A stretch of DNA of 63,653 nucleotides, filler included, from Octopus bimaculoides (GCF_001194135.2; 5 parts of 4 records of this genome joined end to end with filler, not necessarily neighbours in it), one strand, 5' to 3'. Counted from the whole stretch's first letter, positions 25,356 to 39,555 are shown. The notes: generated from the letters alone by a model not told the origin. Made by a program: numbers and translations.

Positions 25356-26206
25356 AACACACACACACACACACATGTATGTACGTTACACAGATCGTGT
25401 ATTGAGCTCTACGTTTAACTTTTATCCAGTTCCGTCCTTACTGGGCGTATAATCTTTTTCTCTTCCTCCCTCACCCACTTTGTGTGCGTGTGGTTTAAGT
25501 ATGGCAACTAGAAAAATTATGTGAAGGACACATTACACGTTGAACTAATTATGAAAGAATTTTCAATAGAAGCTTTATATAAAACGTGTTATCTCAGTTT
25601 CTACTATATAATTTGTGATTTTATATATAAAAAAAAACAAATATCAAACCAAAAGGAACATAGCATCTAAATTTATCTTTCTTATCACGAAATAAATCTA
25701 ATGATGGGTTGAAAGATTGTTGCTTTCGCAATCTCTCAACTAGAAACAGATTATCGTAACATCAATAAAATCTGATCACTACGACAATGCTTCCTAAAGA
25801 GTCTAGCTTATTATCATTGAGTGGCACGTAAGTGTAACATATTTAAAAATCTAATATGTTGACGGTCAGATTAAGTTATAGCTTGGTTAGTACTTTCTTT
25901 CTTAGGCAACACAAACATTCAAAATTTGATTCTATGTTTCTAAATTGCATTCCTTAGAAATTTGTAGGGATTCTTGGAGATCTACGCCCATTTTTATGCA
26001 ACGTACACTAACAGACAAAAGTTAGAGAAACTGATTTATTATATAAATATTTTATTTAAAATTAACGCGCATTTAAACATATTATCATTAAAAAATTATT
26101 TTAACAACAAATCCAAATTTAATAAATATAATAATACATACTAATGTTAATAATCAATACAATGAAAACAATTACAATATCCATTTATTATTTTACTCTT
26201 TTATTG

Positions 26207-26326
26207 GTTTCAAATACAGAACCGTGTCCATGCCTTGAAGAGTTTTTTGTGGGCCGTCCATGTGTTTCAAATACTGAACCGTTTCCATGCCTTGAAGAGA
26301 TTTTTGTGGGCCGTCCCTGTGTTTCA
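26207..26326. repeat. 57-bp tandem duplication (2.1 copies)
   Basis: GTTTCAAATAC(A/T)GAACCGT(G/T)TCCATGCCTTGAAGAG(T/A)TTTTTGTGGGCCGTCC(A/C)TGT, twice. Confidence 0.9.
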
Positions 26327-28249
26327 GTCTAGAAATTATTTTTATCGTATCGCTAAGTTTCCTTTTGCTACGAAGGGTTAGGGCGAATCTATCGTTTAGA
26401 GAATCTTTTTACCGCCACGCGGTAAAAAGCCTCTTTTATGAGGAAGTGTTTCTTATGACAGATGTACGGAGAAAGAAAAACGTACACGATATATACGTCT
26501 CACTCGCCTCACATAAATACAGAAAGAGTGATTTGTTAAATACTGATTGGACATATAGATTTAAAGGAAGAATGAAAAGTGTATATAAGTAAAGTAATTC
26601 CAACAGGGGACAGAAGTCAATGTCACGACACTCCATGCACTGATAACTTACCACACTTTCACATTTACTTAATTATCATATTGACACAATCTTCCATCAT
26701 CACAGAAAAGACAATAAACTTGTGTAACATTCATTAAACACCACCGTTGCAAGTGAAATTGAAATGATTACAAACCAGATCAAAATTAGAATGCAGACAT
26801 GACTTCACATTAATGTAGATTTTATATCTAAGATAAGTCAGAAAGTCTTCTGTGATATGACCTTTGATGCCTGATTGAACTGGTTTGTAATTTATTGATT
26901 TCTTACATTTGTTATCAAACAATGCTGTTATTCGTATGTCGGGTCAGCAAGGCAGTCTAAATAGCATTTGCATCTCCCTTGAATTATAAACCATTGTCTT
27001 AAAAATTTGGAAGCCTTATTAGATACTCCTTTGATCACATATTTACGCAAAGGTGACTTGGAACTAAACATGAACAACAAATTTTCTTCATCTTTAAAAA
27101 AAAAAACATTAAAAAATATTTGTTACAAACAAATTACAAACCTGACTGGACTAATTTAGCCTCATCTGGCTTTTGAAACTAGATCTCAGAACTAAGATGA
27201 TGTATTTTAGGATCGTGTAACGATCATCTTTTTCCCAAGTGTATTTACATAAAATTAGAACCATGTCGCGACATCAAGTTTACAAGATATTTTCACTTGG
27301 CGTGCTTACCAACACCTGCTTCTAAAATTATTGATTTTGTTTGATAAGTCACAAGGTCAATTTTTGCATTTGAAGGCTGTAAGGCGATTGAAAAGACCTG
27401 GAGATATTAGTAGTAATTATTTTATCAACACCCATCAATGAAAGTCGAAATCAAATCCACACTACTTCTATCATCTTTACTAGACATCTTTCAACTAGAT
27501 TAATCGAATAGTTGTTATGCTTAGTCTACTTTTACTACCAATAAATTTTTTGTCACAATTCCCAACGTGTTTATATCGATTTTTATATATTCGCAATTTT
27601 GTGATTAATTAGATATTCAAGGCACACACACTTTCTGTAATTATTTGTGTATAATCATTATTTCCCATTTATTTCACACGCAGATTTATTCATATATGTC
27701 TCTGCTTTTGACTGATACCTGTTAACGAAACAAACAAACAAAACATCTTAATTCCGTCTACTGTATATTAGTGGTTTGTCCTACCGTCTCTAAGTAATAT
27801 TTTTTAAAATGCCGATAGTTTACAGTGCAAAGAGAAAATAAAGCAAAATATGTAAGGAAAATGAGGCAAAAGATGTCATACTATATTAGTTCAATTGCAA
27901 CCTAGGAGAGCTATGCTGGCAGTTATAAATATTTCATTGTTTGATTCTAATAGCAAAAGGTTTGTGATAAATTGAGAGGCTTTCATTCAAATATCAATAA
28001 GTAACTTTAATTCACTTAATTTGAATATATATCACGTAATTTGCGGCAGTTAATCTTTAACATTTTGTCATGTTGCTGTAAACTACAAAAACAATTTCAT
28101 GATTATACAGGCAGATGCACGTACCATTTAACCGATACACATACATAAATATAATATATATGTATACAGGATAGCACGGGGTCTTTTGTTAATAGGATAG
28201 GAAAGTACCTTGCGGAAAGGTAACTGGTTCATATCTTTTAACTGATATT

Positions 28250-31073
28250 AAGTTGCTCCACCCATGGTCCTTTTTTTAGGACCAGAAGGATAATCCATCA
28301 CATTTCTGCAACAACTGCATTTTTCTGAAATATCTTTAGTTAGTCATCAAGACTGCAGTGTCTTTCAAATATTACACCTACTGTCTGATGTATATTGGCA
28401 ACACTGATGTCTCAGTTTACAGTACAGTGTGAAAACCTTGAGGGAAAGGATACACTCAGTTTCATCTGTTATTCAATCAAAAGGTTTTTGGTAAGTAGTA
28501 CTTATATCCAACCCATACTTGTATATAGTATAAATAATTGTTCTAACTGTTCTATAAAATCACGAAAATATTTGAAAGTAATTTTGCTCGAATATAGTAT
28601 GCTCTAAAAGTTTGGTCCTAATATAAGGACGATGGTCACTAGAGCTCCATTTTTTCCGATGTTGCAAAAAAGAGAAAACAATTTGCAGGGGCAAACTTTT
28701 TTTATGCTGAAAACATTTTCTATGTATAGACAGCTGAGAAAAAAAATTGTTTGTTATTTTTTCTTTATTACTCTTATTTTAGTTAATTTTCAGATACTCT
28801 CCCATGGCATTCTACTATTCAGTCAAGTCATTCTATTCAGTTCATGATGTAAATTATGCAGAAGAAAATGAGTCTCGTTGTCAGGAAATCTTTATTGATA
28901 TTGTTGAAATTCCTCCACCAATAAATGAACTCACTGATAAAGAAGACTTTGATGATGAGGACTGAGAACCGACCTTTATCTTGAAGGATATACCAGGAAG
29001 TGTTGAGCTTCATCGCTATGATAATGAAGGGCTAACACAACCAAAAGGGAAAAGAAAGAAAATCACAGATATCTCTTGGAAAAAGACTGAGTCTAATTTT
29101 TCAAAATTTGAATCACAAACTACTGATGGAGGAGATGACAGAATGAAATCAATGAAAGATAAAGTACTTGGCAGGAGCCCAGTTGAGATTTTTGAACTTT
29201 CCTTGACGAGGATTTACTAAGTGAGATTTGTAGAGAATCTGTCATTTATTCCACACAGAAAAATGCACATGATTTTAGTCTGTCAAAAAACTGTCTTATA
29301 AATTTTATTGGAATCCTACTTTTTTCAGGATAACACAGACTACCAAGTGAACGGCATTATTAGAGTGTATGTGTGTGTGTGTGAAAACCTTGAAACTCCG
29401 ATTATTCGAAAAATAATGCCAAGAAGCAGATTTCTAAACATCATAGTGTTTCTTCATTTTGTTGACAATGAAAATGCAGAAACTACAAAGATGATAAAGA
29501 ATTCAAAATTAGACCGCTAGCTGATGCTCTGTATCAGAAGTTCAAGGAGTTTGGAATATTCACTAAGAAACTGCCAGTAGATGAACAGATAGTAAAATAT
29601 TATGGAAGAAGCTCTGTAAAACAAGTTATAAGAGGTAAGCCAATAAGATTTGGTTTCAAGCAGTGGCTGCTGCTTTATTGTGCCACTAGTGGCTATTGTT
29701 TTAGAATGGATTTATATCAAGGAAAGTAAAAATACTCTACTTCCAATACCAAGAACGATGACAGTCTAGGTTCAAGAGTGGTTTTATCAATGGCCAATCA
29801 CCAAGAGAACCCCAATGATCATGGAATTTATCTTGATAACTTTTTCTAAATTTATAACCTATTTGTACAAAGGAAATCTTTAGGAATCAGATTCACGGGT
29901 ACAGTACTTCAAACAGAACATCCAAATGTCCCCTGAAGGAAATGGAAAAATCGTGGATCCTATAACTACAAATCTGAAGGAAAAGAACTCATTTTTTTTT
30001 AAATAGCATGACAACAGCATTTTCATAATTGCAAGCAATTATCAGTCTGCCACACCCGTTGGAAATGCTAAAAGATGTTCAACCAGCCATAAAAAGGAAA
30101 TATTTGCTCTCCAGCCATTTCTCATACCTGAGTATAATAAATATATGGGAAGTGTTGACCACTTAGACTGGCTTCTTCAAAGGTATCGCATCTCTGTTAC
30201 ATCTAAGATTGTACATTGTTTTGCAAATGGAAATACTTTGACATTACTATATTTCAAGAGGTCAGTTACACAAGCTTATTTGGTGTTATCCTCAGATTCT
30301 GATCCCAAAAATTCGAGACGGCCAAAAGTATTTTCTTCAAAAGTAATACCAGAAATTAGATTTTCTACTTGTGGACATATTTTTGATAGAGCACAGGGAG
30401 GGAAACAAAGAAAATGTGCCTTTTCCAAAAGAAAAAAGTTTCAAAACAACGTGTGAAATGTGATGTTGGTCTTCATATGGGTGAATATTTCAACAAATGG
30501 CATTCGAAGTAATCTGTATTTAGAGTGTTCAGAAAAAAATTATTTTTCTTCTTTTTTTTTCCAAGTAATATGCATTTCGTTTGAATTAATAAATGAATAA
30601 AAGAGTGCTTTTTTATTTTTATTTTCCTTTTTGAAATCAAGTATTCTAGTTTTAAAATCCTGTTTTTTCAACAAAAGTACCCCATATACCCATGGACCTA
30701 AAAACTCAAAAAAGGACCAAATTAAAAATGTATTTTTTCCTTAGAATATTAAAATAAAATATTTTTATATATCAGATAATATTAAAACTTATAATATATC
30801 AGATAATATTAAAACTCCGATTATTCGAAACATAATGCCAAAAAGCAAATTTCTAAACATCAAAGTGTTTCTTCATTTTGTTGACACTGAAAATGCAGAA
30901 AACAACAAAGTTTTAATATTATCTGATAATATTAAAATCGGAGTTTTAATATTATCTGATAATATTAAAATATATCAGATAATATTAAAATAAAATATCT
31001 TTATATATCAGATAAAGTTGTATAAATAAAGTTTTGGTAATAAAAGAAAGAAAAAAAATTTGGCACTAAAGGG
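28250..31073 (+). mobile_element. piggyBac (PGBD-type) transposon remnant
   Basis: SPVEIFEL, IMPRSRF..LHFVDNE, VDEQIVKYYGRSSVKQ..GKPIRFGFK, YLDNFF, KYMGSVDHLD, and a Cys-rich C-terminal remnant. Right end ...CACTAAAGGG|TTAA at 31074-31077. Left end not identified. Confidence 0.85.
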
Positions 31074-31525
31074 TTAAAGTTCAACGCCTCCAGTAAGTAT
31101 AACTTTGAATGGGAAAGCTGATATGAGACAAATCCACAACTAAAAGACGAAGTCTTTCGTGGCAGCGCTAAGAAATTACGGGTCTCACTAGTTTAGATTA
31201 TTTTCTTTAAATGCATTATTTTACAAATAAGTAACTCTTTACAGGATCTATTTTAGAACTAGTGAACACGCGGAAATACAACATTAGTTTTTTTCTGTAA
31301 GGTATATCTGCCGTTTCCAGCTCTAGAAATATATACAAATGACGACTGTTAAAAGGACAATGTTATTCAAATAGGATTTTTACCTTTAAAAATAAAACTT
31401 TAACCCAAACGGAAGAAATATTAGCATGGTTCAGCTGTAGTTACATATTATTTAATATCTGTAGGTAATATATTGGAAGGCATTAAATACTAGAACAAAA
31501 TACGATTGGTCATAGTTGCTTTTCC

Positions 31526-31930
31526 ATCCATCCATCCATCCATCAATCTTCTTTGCCCATTATTCCTGGGAGGATCATGGGTGTAACATTCTCAGCCATC
31601 TCCTCTATAGGGTCTTGTCAGAAACAACCGTCATTAGACTTCCAGGATGGATTCCAAATCGTGAATAACTGAGATTATAAATATTATCCAACCATCTCGT
31701 TCTTGGTCTACAATTAGATCTCTCGTTACTTGGCTCAGTTTGAAAAATCCATCTTGAGATTCTTTCTGCGATAATCTAAAAAGTTGTTCGCAGTACCAGA
31801 GCTGTGACTTCTCAATGTGGAGAAGTAGGGGCTCAACTTGGAGAGAGTCTCTAATTTCCGAGCGAAGCACCCTATTGAATAACTTTGCTCCAGAGATCCT
31901 TCAGAGAAGCCCTGTTTCGACCGCTTCTTT
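31526..31930 (-). mobile_element. RTE-clade LINE 3' end with (ATGG)n tail
   Basis: EIRDSLQVEPLLLHIEKSQLW..RPRTRWLD-like segment; (CCAT)n at 31526-31545. Confidence 0.8.
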
Positions 31931-32279
31931 TCGCAATCTTAATCTTTCTACATTTATATACTTCACATAAAGTATAGTTATTGATCATCAACACAAAGTA
32001 CCATTCGTCTGATGACTAAACACTCAAAACCACAAAAAAAAAACTTTAAATTTATTTAAAATTGTTTTCAAAATTGTATAAATTACAACCTTCTTCCTGA
32101 AAAGTAGGAAATGCAAAACTTTAGCTCTTAGAGTGAATATTTGTAACCTTAAAGCAAATATGTAAAACTTAAAGCATATATATAAATTAACTACATGTCT
32201 CTCACGGATATTTACTTCAATGTCTATACACAGATTTTCTAGTATATATTATATATATATATATACACACACATGCATA

Positions 32280-32308
<29 letters not shown>

Positions 32309-32310
<2 letters not shown>

Positions 32311-32450
32311 AAGAAGTTTGGTTCTCAACCACGTGGTCCCGGGTTCAGTCTCACTGCGTGGCAGCTTGGGTAGGTATCTTCTACTATAGCATCGCCCAAC
32401 CAAAGCCTTGGGAATGGATATGGTAGGCGGAAGCTGAAAGAAGCACGTTG
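32309..32450 (+). mobile_element. SINE family A copy
   Basis: Aligns with 1808-1950. Confidence 0.8.
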
Positions 32451-32472
32451 TATATATATATATATATATATA

Positions 32473-32870
32473 TGACCTCATTTCCTCATCCTGTCTTCCT
32501 CCCACCGCCTTCAACCTCATCACCTGCACCCCCACCATTTACTTCCTTCCCCAAATCCTCAAGCCTAACAACTCTGGCCGCCCCATCGTCTCCGCCTGTA
32601 ACTGCCGTACGGAATTGATCCTTATGGACCTTGACCGTGTCCTTGCCTCCTAGTGGCGTCCCTCCCCTGCTACATTCAGGACATTAACCGTGCTCTACGT
32701 CTCTTTAACTCTTTCTCCTCTCCTTCTGGCTCCTCTAAACTTCTCTTCACTCTTAATATAAAGAGTCTATATACGGCGATCCCACGCAACGAAAGATTCC
32801 TTGCATTGAAACCCTTTCTGGACCATATGTCCAAAAGCAAGCTTACCTGACCATCCTTCTCGGCAACCGA
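32473..32870 (+). mobile_element. Penelope-like RT fragment (second family)
   Basis: IYFLPQILKPNNSGRPIVSACNC..SLPCYIQD..LLFTLNIKSLYTAIP. Confidence 0.75.
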
Positions 32871-32889
32871 AGAGCCATTACTGACGGCC

Positions 32890-34140
32890 AACAGTTGTTT
32901 TTAAAAGGTTCTGTCTGTACCATCAACATTGAGCTGCACTCTTATGTTGGTTGTGAGTCTCAGCTTTTCTACACTGCTCCATAGGTAGGACGACTTTATG
33001 CTGGCATTTACCTCATCAGCTCTTGTTCCCTTTGGAACCACGGGAAGGGCTTGTCTAAAGTCTCCTGAAAGCAAGACTGTGGCTCCTCCCACGAGCCTGG
33101 TGTTGTGTCTCAGATCCTGAAGGGCCATATCAAGAACTTCAAAGGAAACCTTATGGGTCATTGTCGCCTCATCGCAAATGATCAACCTGCATTCACTCAG
33201 AAGTTTGCTTTTTATAGAACCACGACTGATGTTTCAGTTTGCCTTCTCTTTCTTGGACAGATCGAAAGGGATTTTGAAATAGGAATGAGCTGTGCGGCCA
33301 CAACTTAGCAGAGTTGCAGCTATTCTACTTGACGCTACTGCTATGGCAATGCGTTTCATTTGGTGCAGTTTACCCAGAAGAAGGTTGATGACAAATGTCT
33401 TGCCAGTTTCATCAGGCACATGCAAAAACAAAAGACCTCTTCTTTCACTTTCAATGCTCAAAATAATGGTCTTATAAGCACCTAGTTAATTTTCCATCAG
33501 TTCGTGTTCGTTATCAACTATATACGCCGTCAATTCCTCGGTGTCATAGCTGATTTCTCGCAGGTACTCAAGTGCAAGATTGTTTGCTGCCTGCTCCAGT
33601 TGAGGCAGACGAAATATGGCAATGCCTTGACCTCCCCCAGCTTGCACTCGGGTGTCCAGTCAGGGACACCCGAGTGTAAATGGCGTTATTGAACGTGACA
33701 ATTTCCGATAGGGTTTGCCTTTGAATCCTTTGTAGGATGTCCTCTGCCATGCTAGTTTTGTGGGTCACACAAAGCTTGAGCGTTTCACCCAAGCCACATG
33801 TCATCGGCAAACAGGTCACATTGGCATAAATTGAAGAAAGTTGTCTAAGTGGTTTCTGGTGGATTCAAAACTACGTTTCGAGCATTGTCTTCTGTGAAAT
33901 ATACATGCTGGCCGTTTTCAAGATGTACAGGTAGATTAACCACTGTTGGATGTCGCTCGTGGATTTCGAAGTCCAGGGTGCACCACATTATCTCGGTAGA
34001 GGAAATATACCTGCCCAACTTATGTTGCTGAATTCCATCTGCCTGGCAAGCAGGCAGATGAAATTCAGGATCTGAAACACAAGACCAGTTGAAGTCCAAA
34101 AACCGCCATATCTGAACCCTCATTGATGTATTTACATACA
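32890..34140 (-). mobile_element. Helitron Rep/Hel fragment (Pif1-type helicase part)
   Basis: GRYISSTE..FEIHERHPTVVNLPVHLENGQ; GKTFVINLLL..AVASSRIAATLL..GRTAHS; IICDEATM..GDFRQALPV..LTTNIRV. Confidence 0.9.
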
Positions 34141-35373
34141 TATTTAATATTTTTATAGAGTTACATTGCTCAACATTAACATGGGCCTGCTATGTTTTAG
34201 ACAGAAATGGTTTGTAGGTCACGATCCACCTGTTGTGAATTTCCATCCCTTGATCATTAACTTTGAGCTTGGTAGCGTTTAGGCTGGTCAAAGGAAAATG
34301 AATGGGTTATTTCCCTTGGCTGTTAAAGTAAAAATATATGGATGTGGACCCCATCTAGGGATCCTAGCCATCCTATTACAGATTTGAAATAAGCTTCAAT
34401 GAACCTAGTGAGAAACTGGATGTTACTTTAACACGTTTCACGAAAATTCGTTAACGGGTGTAGACGGCAACTTGACACAAACAGACAACTTGCGTTTATA
34501 TATATNNNNNNNNNNNNNNNNNNNNNNNNNNNNNNNNNNNNNNNNNNNNNNNNNNNNNNNNNNNNNNNNNNNNNNNNNNNNNNNNNNNNNNNNNNNNNNN
34601 NNNNNNNNNNNNNNNNNNNNNNNNNNNNNNNNNNNNNNNNNNNNNNNNNNNNNNNNNNNNNNNNNNNNNNNNNNNNNNNNNNNNNNNNNNNNNNNNNNNN
34701 NNNNNNNNNNNNNNNNNNNNNNNNNNNNNNNNNNNNNNNNNNNNNNNNNNNNNNNNNNNNNNNNNNNNNNNNNNNNNNNNNNNNNNNNNNNNNNNNNNNN
34801 NNNNNNNNNNNNNNNNNNNNNNNNNNNNNNNNNNNNNNNNNNNNNNNNNNNNNNNNNNNNNNNNNNNNNNNNNNNNNNNNNNNNNNNNNNNNNNNNNNNN
34901 NNNNNNNNNNNNNNNNNNNNNNNNNNNNNNNNNNNNNNNNNNNNNNNNNNNNNNNNNNNNNNNNNNNNNNNNNNNNNNNNNNNNNNNNNNNNNNNNNNNN
35001 NNNNNNNNNNNNNNNNNNNNNNNNNNNNNNNNNNNNNNNNNNNNNNNNNNNNNNNNNNNNNNNNNNNNNNNNNNNNNNNNNNNNNNNNNNNNNNNNNNNN
35101 NNNNNNNNNNNNNNNNNNNNNNNNNNNNNNNNNNNNNNNNNNNNNNNNNNNNNNNNNNNNNNNNNNNNNNNNNNNNNNNNNNNNNNNNNNNNNNNNNNNN
35201 NNNNNNNNNNNNNNNNNNNNNNNNNNNNNNNNNNNNNNNNNNNNNNNNNNNNNNNNNNNNNNNNNNNNNNATAGTGTGTGTGTGTGTGTGTGCGCGTGCA
35301 CGCGCACATATCTATGATTGACGCTAGCCGCTAAGGCGTTTTTTATTCTCTCTCTGTTTATTTTGTCATGTTC

Positions 35374-35409
35374 CTTTCTGTTGAAGAGCGTAGGTGCGAA
35401 ACGTAAAAG
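35374..35409 (+). ncRNA. Hammerhead-like variant motif within a short dispersed repeat (~35320-35500)
   Basis: CTTT-CTGTTGA-A-GAGC GTAG GTGC-GAA-ACGT-A-AAAG; A6U substitution and one stem II mismatch. Confidence 0.5.
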
Positions 35410-36813
35410 ACTTTCTCACCTTCCCAAGCGTTAAACTAATACACCTGTTTGTTGTTTATACACCAGTCTTCGTCTTTTGTTTTTTTGTAAATTCCAACGG
35501 TATGTATGTATGCATATATGTACGCGTATTTTGTTTACATGTAAAGTATACTAAGAATTGTACGGGAAGAAGATTAAACTATTTTTTCTCAAATTAATTA
35601 GACGTGTCACTAAATTGATTAAAAGAGAAACCAGTTGCTTGTGTGTAATCGTAGATACATTTGGTGGGACATAGCAATATTGTGTCTGATATATCTAGTC
35701 TCTACAAGTAAAAAGATTAATAGCAGAAATATAGATTCAAATCACCCGGAATTTGTCTTTAGAGTACATCACTGAACTGTATAAGGTCTTGGCTCAGCTG
35801 TATAGATATTGGCGTTACTATATAATTTTTCTTGCCATCGTATGATTATTGATGTTTGATATAGTATCAAAGCATCAAGCCTGAAGGAGAATTATGGTCG
35901 GTTATATTGAATGGTGCTGTAGTTTATCAATTTTTCGAGAGTGAGAGTTATAGTTGACTAACGGTAGAATTTGTATGCGAAATAACTAAGTAGTTCGAGG
36001 TGTAACGTTCAAAAATTCTATCTGCACTGTAAATCTATAAATTTAGATTTCCTCTTTAGACACAAGGTCACGTGTTGCAGAGCGATGTATGTAGTAAATT
36101 ATATTAACTGCATTATTTCTTTATTAATTGTTTTATTAATTATAAAAGGATCAAAGGGCATGGTGAAGCCTTGTTGAGATTAGAATGCAGAGCGTAAATG
36201 AGAAACCGATTCTGTTACTTCGTAAATATAGGCGCTGTGTATTACAATTTGTTTTCAATTGACTGTTAAATTAAGGCGATGTAGCATCAGAAAAAATTGC
36301 AGATAACCGGAGTAAAGAACTTGGTAGTGTCTTGTTTCATTCTTCAATAGTTTTGGTTGAAATTTAACCTTTATGATTTGGCGTTATCTTTCATGCCTAG
36401 CTGAGCAATAAATATATGCACAAAATATTCTTAGCATCATTCAATGAAATATATATATATATATATATATANNNNNNNNNNNNNNNNNNNNNNNNNNNNN
36501 NNNNNNNNNNNNNNNNNNNNNNNNNNNNNNNNNNNNNNNNNNNNNNNNNNNNNNNNNNNNNNNNNNNNNNNNNNNNNNNNNNNNNNNNNNNNNNNNNNNN
36601 NNNNNNNNNNNNNNNNNNNNNNNNNNNNNNNNNNNNNNNNNNNNNNNNNNNNNNNNNNNNNNNNNNNNNNNNNNNNNNNNNNNNNNNNNNNNNNNNNNNN
36701 NNNNNNNNNNNNNNNNNNNNNNNNNNNNNNNNNNNNNNNNNNNNNNNNNNNNNNNNNNNNNNNNNNNNNNNNNNNNNNNNNNNNNNNNNNNNNNNNNNNN
36801 NNNNNNNNNNNNN

Positions 36814-36857
<44 letters not shown>

Positions 36858-37602
36858 CATATATATATAAATATGTACATGTATGTATATATTATTTACA
36901 TTATTATATGACTGAACGCCACGCATCCATTTCCAAGTAAGTTTTATCTTAATAATTCTGATGCGACACTATTCTATCACTATCTCTATTTCTCTCACTC
37001 TTCCTCGTTCTATATTCTTTTTTCTCTTCCATCATTTCTCTAATTCTTCTCCTCCCCTTCACCGTTTTCTATCTGTCCCTCTTTCACCCTCACTCTTCCT
37101 CCTTGACTGTCTCGTTGCTCACACGTGACCAGCGGCCATCTTTCTTCTTCTCACTCGAATTTCTTTCTTTCTTCTCGTTCAGCTACAAGGATAGCACGCA
37201 TTTATGTCTGTCTCCTCTCAAAGCTTGTGACTCCAGCATTCACCACCCGTTATGGCTTAAGAGCCCTTACCGTTTGTTTTAACTGCCCCAATTTTGTTAC
37301 CAATTTGACCCTCCGCAAATACCAAATTTTATTGAATTTGCTTTGCGGGAACAACTGTTTTGACGAAGACGCATCTTTTCCTAATACTTGAAATGCGGAG
37401 TGGATAAAACAGTGGACAATTGACGAAGGGATTGTTCTTTATGTCGCCTGTCTTGTTTTTCTATTTGTTTCTTTCGTTGTTCGCAAAAAAGTCCGTTTTC
37501 CATGTTTTGCATTTCATGTACTCGTTTTTCATGTTGTTTAAGTTTTTTGACATACTGTACCCATATATGCATGTGTATATACATATATATATATGTATGT
37601 AA

Positions 37603-37652
<50 letters not shown>

Positions 37653-39030
37653 NNNNNNNNNNNNNNNNNNNNNNNNNNNNNNNNNNNNNNNNNNNNNNNN
37701 NNNNNNNNNNNNNNNNNNNNNNNNNNNNNNNNNNNNNNNNNNNNNNNNNNNNNNNNNNNNNNNNNNNNNNNNNNNNNNNNNNNNNNNNNNNNNNNNNNNN
37801 NNNNNNNNNNNNNNNNNNNNNNNNNNNNNNNNNNNNNNNNNNNNNNNNNNNNNNNNNNNNNNNNNNNNNNNNNNNNNNNNNNNNNNNNNNNNNNNNNNNN
37901 NNNNNNNNNNNNNNNNNNNNNNNNNNNNNNNNNNNNNNNNNNNNNNNNNNNNNNNNNNNNNNNNNNNNNNNNNNNNNNNNNNNNNNNNNNNNNNNNNNNN
38001 NNNNNNNNNNNNNNNNNNNNNNNNNNNNNNNNNNNNNNNNNNNNNNNNNACAATGAAGTAGAGAAATTTGAAAAGACAACACGAAACCGGTTATTTCTCA
38101 AAATACAATGTTTATATACCAAAAAGATTTTCTAACATTTTTCTAACATTTTTCTGACATAATTTAAATATATACTTTAACCATGTAACACAAGCCTTCT
38201 GTAGTTTTTTCACTCTTATTATCTTTTATATATATATATATCATGATAAAAGGAAGAAAATGCAGAATTATGGATGTATAATTAATTTATTTGTATGACA
38301 AATAGGTTGAAAGATTTTTTAATAAAAACAATTCAAATATATTATAAATAATAAAGCTCTAAAAGAAATGGCAGATGCCAAATACCTACATATATGTTTC
38401 GGTTCATGCCTCTTGGTGTATATATATATATATTAGTAATTTTAAATAGTCGTCATTTTCAAGTATATTGGGCAGAATCCCACCAGGGCTTTATGAGTTT
38501 ATACTACAAAGGTTAACGTATTTCTTGAAAGGATCCAGATTCATTACTAATAGGTTGAAGAAGTTAGATCATATATATCATGCGTTATGTATTTAACTTG
38601 TGAATTATAGATGTAAGTAAAGCTATAATAAAATAAAATAGAAATAACATTCAAGTATAGGCAAAGTAAGAAGGTATAATTAAAACTTAAAGCAAAATAT
38701 AAATGTATGTAAAATAGTTTATAAATTTAAATAAAACGAAAGAGCAATACTTGAATATGCAAGGAAAGAATTATGTACTAAAATAAAGGATAAGATAGAT
38801 ACTAAACATTATTAGTTGATAGTAATTTCCATTGGTCTGGTAATAAATAGAGGTCAGGAAATTTATGGATGCGTAGACTTCATATCATATTGTGTCATAT
38901 TTAAAACCAGGTGTAGAGAAAAGTTTGAAAAATTTGACCGTTATGACATGTATCTTAAACGCCTTACATATGGATCCTTAGTCATCAAAATATAAAATGC
39001 AAATACTCATATTTATGTGTTTATACGTTC

Positions 39031-39080
<50 letters not shown>

Positions 39081-39232
39081 NNNNNNNNNNNNNNNNNNNN
39101 NNNNNNNNNNNNNNNNNNNNNNNNTTAATTAATTAANNNNNNNNNNNNNNNNNNNNNNNNNNNNNNNNNNNNNNNNNNNNATCTGGTCTATTGGCCTTAA
39201 TTTCTCTATCTGTGTGTATTGGCATATCATTA

Positions 39233-39312
<80 letters not shown>

Positions 39313-39345
39313 CCTGTATTTGTTTTGGTATTAAGACTGAAAATA

Positions 39346-39555
39346 GGCGGCGAGCTGACAGAATCATTAGCACGCCGGGCAAAATGCTTAGCAGCATTTC
39401 TTGTCTTTTACGTTCTGAGTTCAAACTCCGTTGTGGTCGACTTTGCCTTTCATCCTCCTGAGGTCGATAAAATAAGTACCAGTTAAGTATTAGGGCCGAT
39501 GTAATCGACTAATCCCTCTTCCCCCGAAATTGCTAGCCTTGTGTTAAAATTTGAA
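39346..39555 (+). mobile_element. SINE family B, most complete copy
   Basis: tRNA-like head with GAGTTCAAACTCC B-box-like motif, then CTTTGCCTTTCATCCTCCTGAGGTCGATAAAATAAGTACCAG. Confidence 0.8.

Noticed and set aside
26207-26326. CRISPR-like array
   Set aside because: Contiguous tandem units without spacers, in eukaryotic DNA with no cas genes.
30765-30810. TATCAGATAATATTAAAACT resembles the reverse complement of part of U2 snRNA
   Set aside because: Short, AT-rich, gapped match with no other U2 sequence.
37125-37560. VNAGVTSFERRQ-like peptides on the minus strand, reminiscent of an RTE C-terminus
   Set aside because: Fragmentary across frames; not enough to call.
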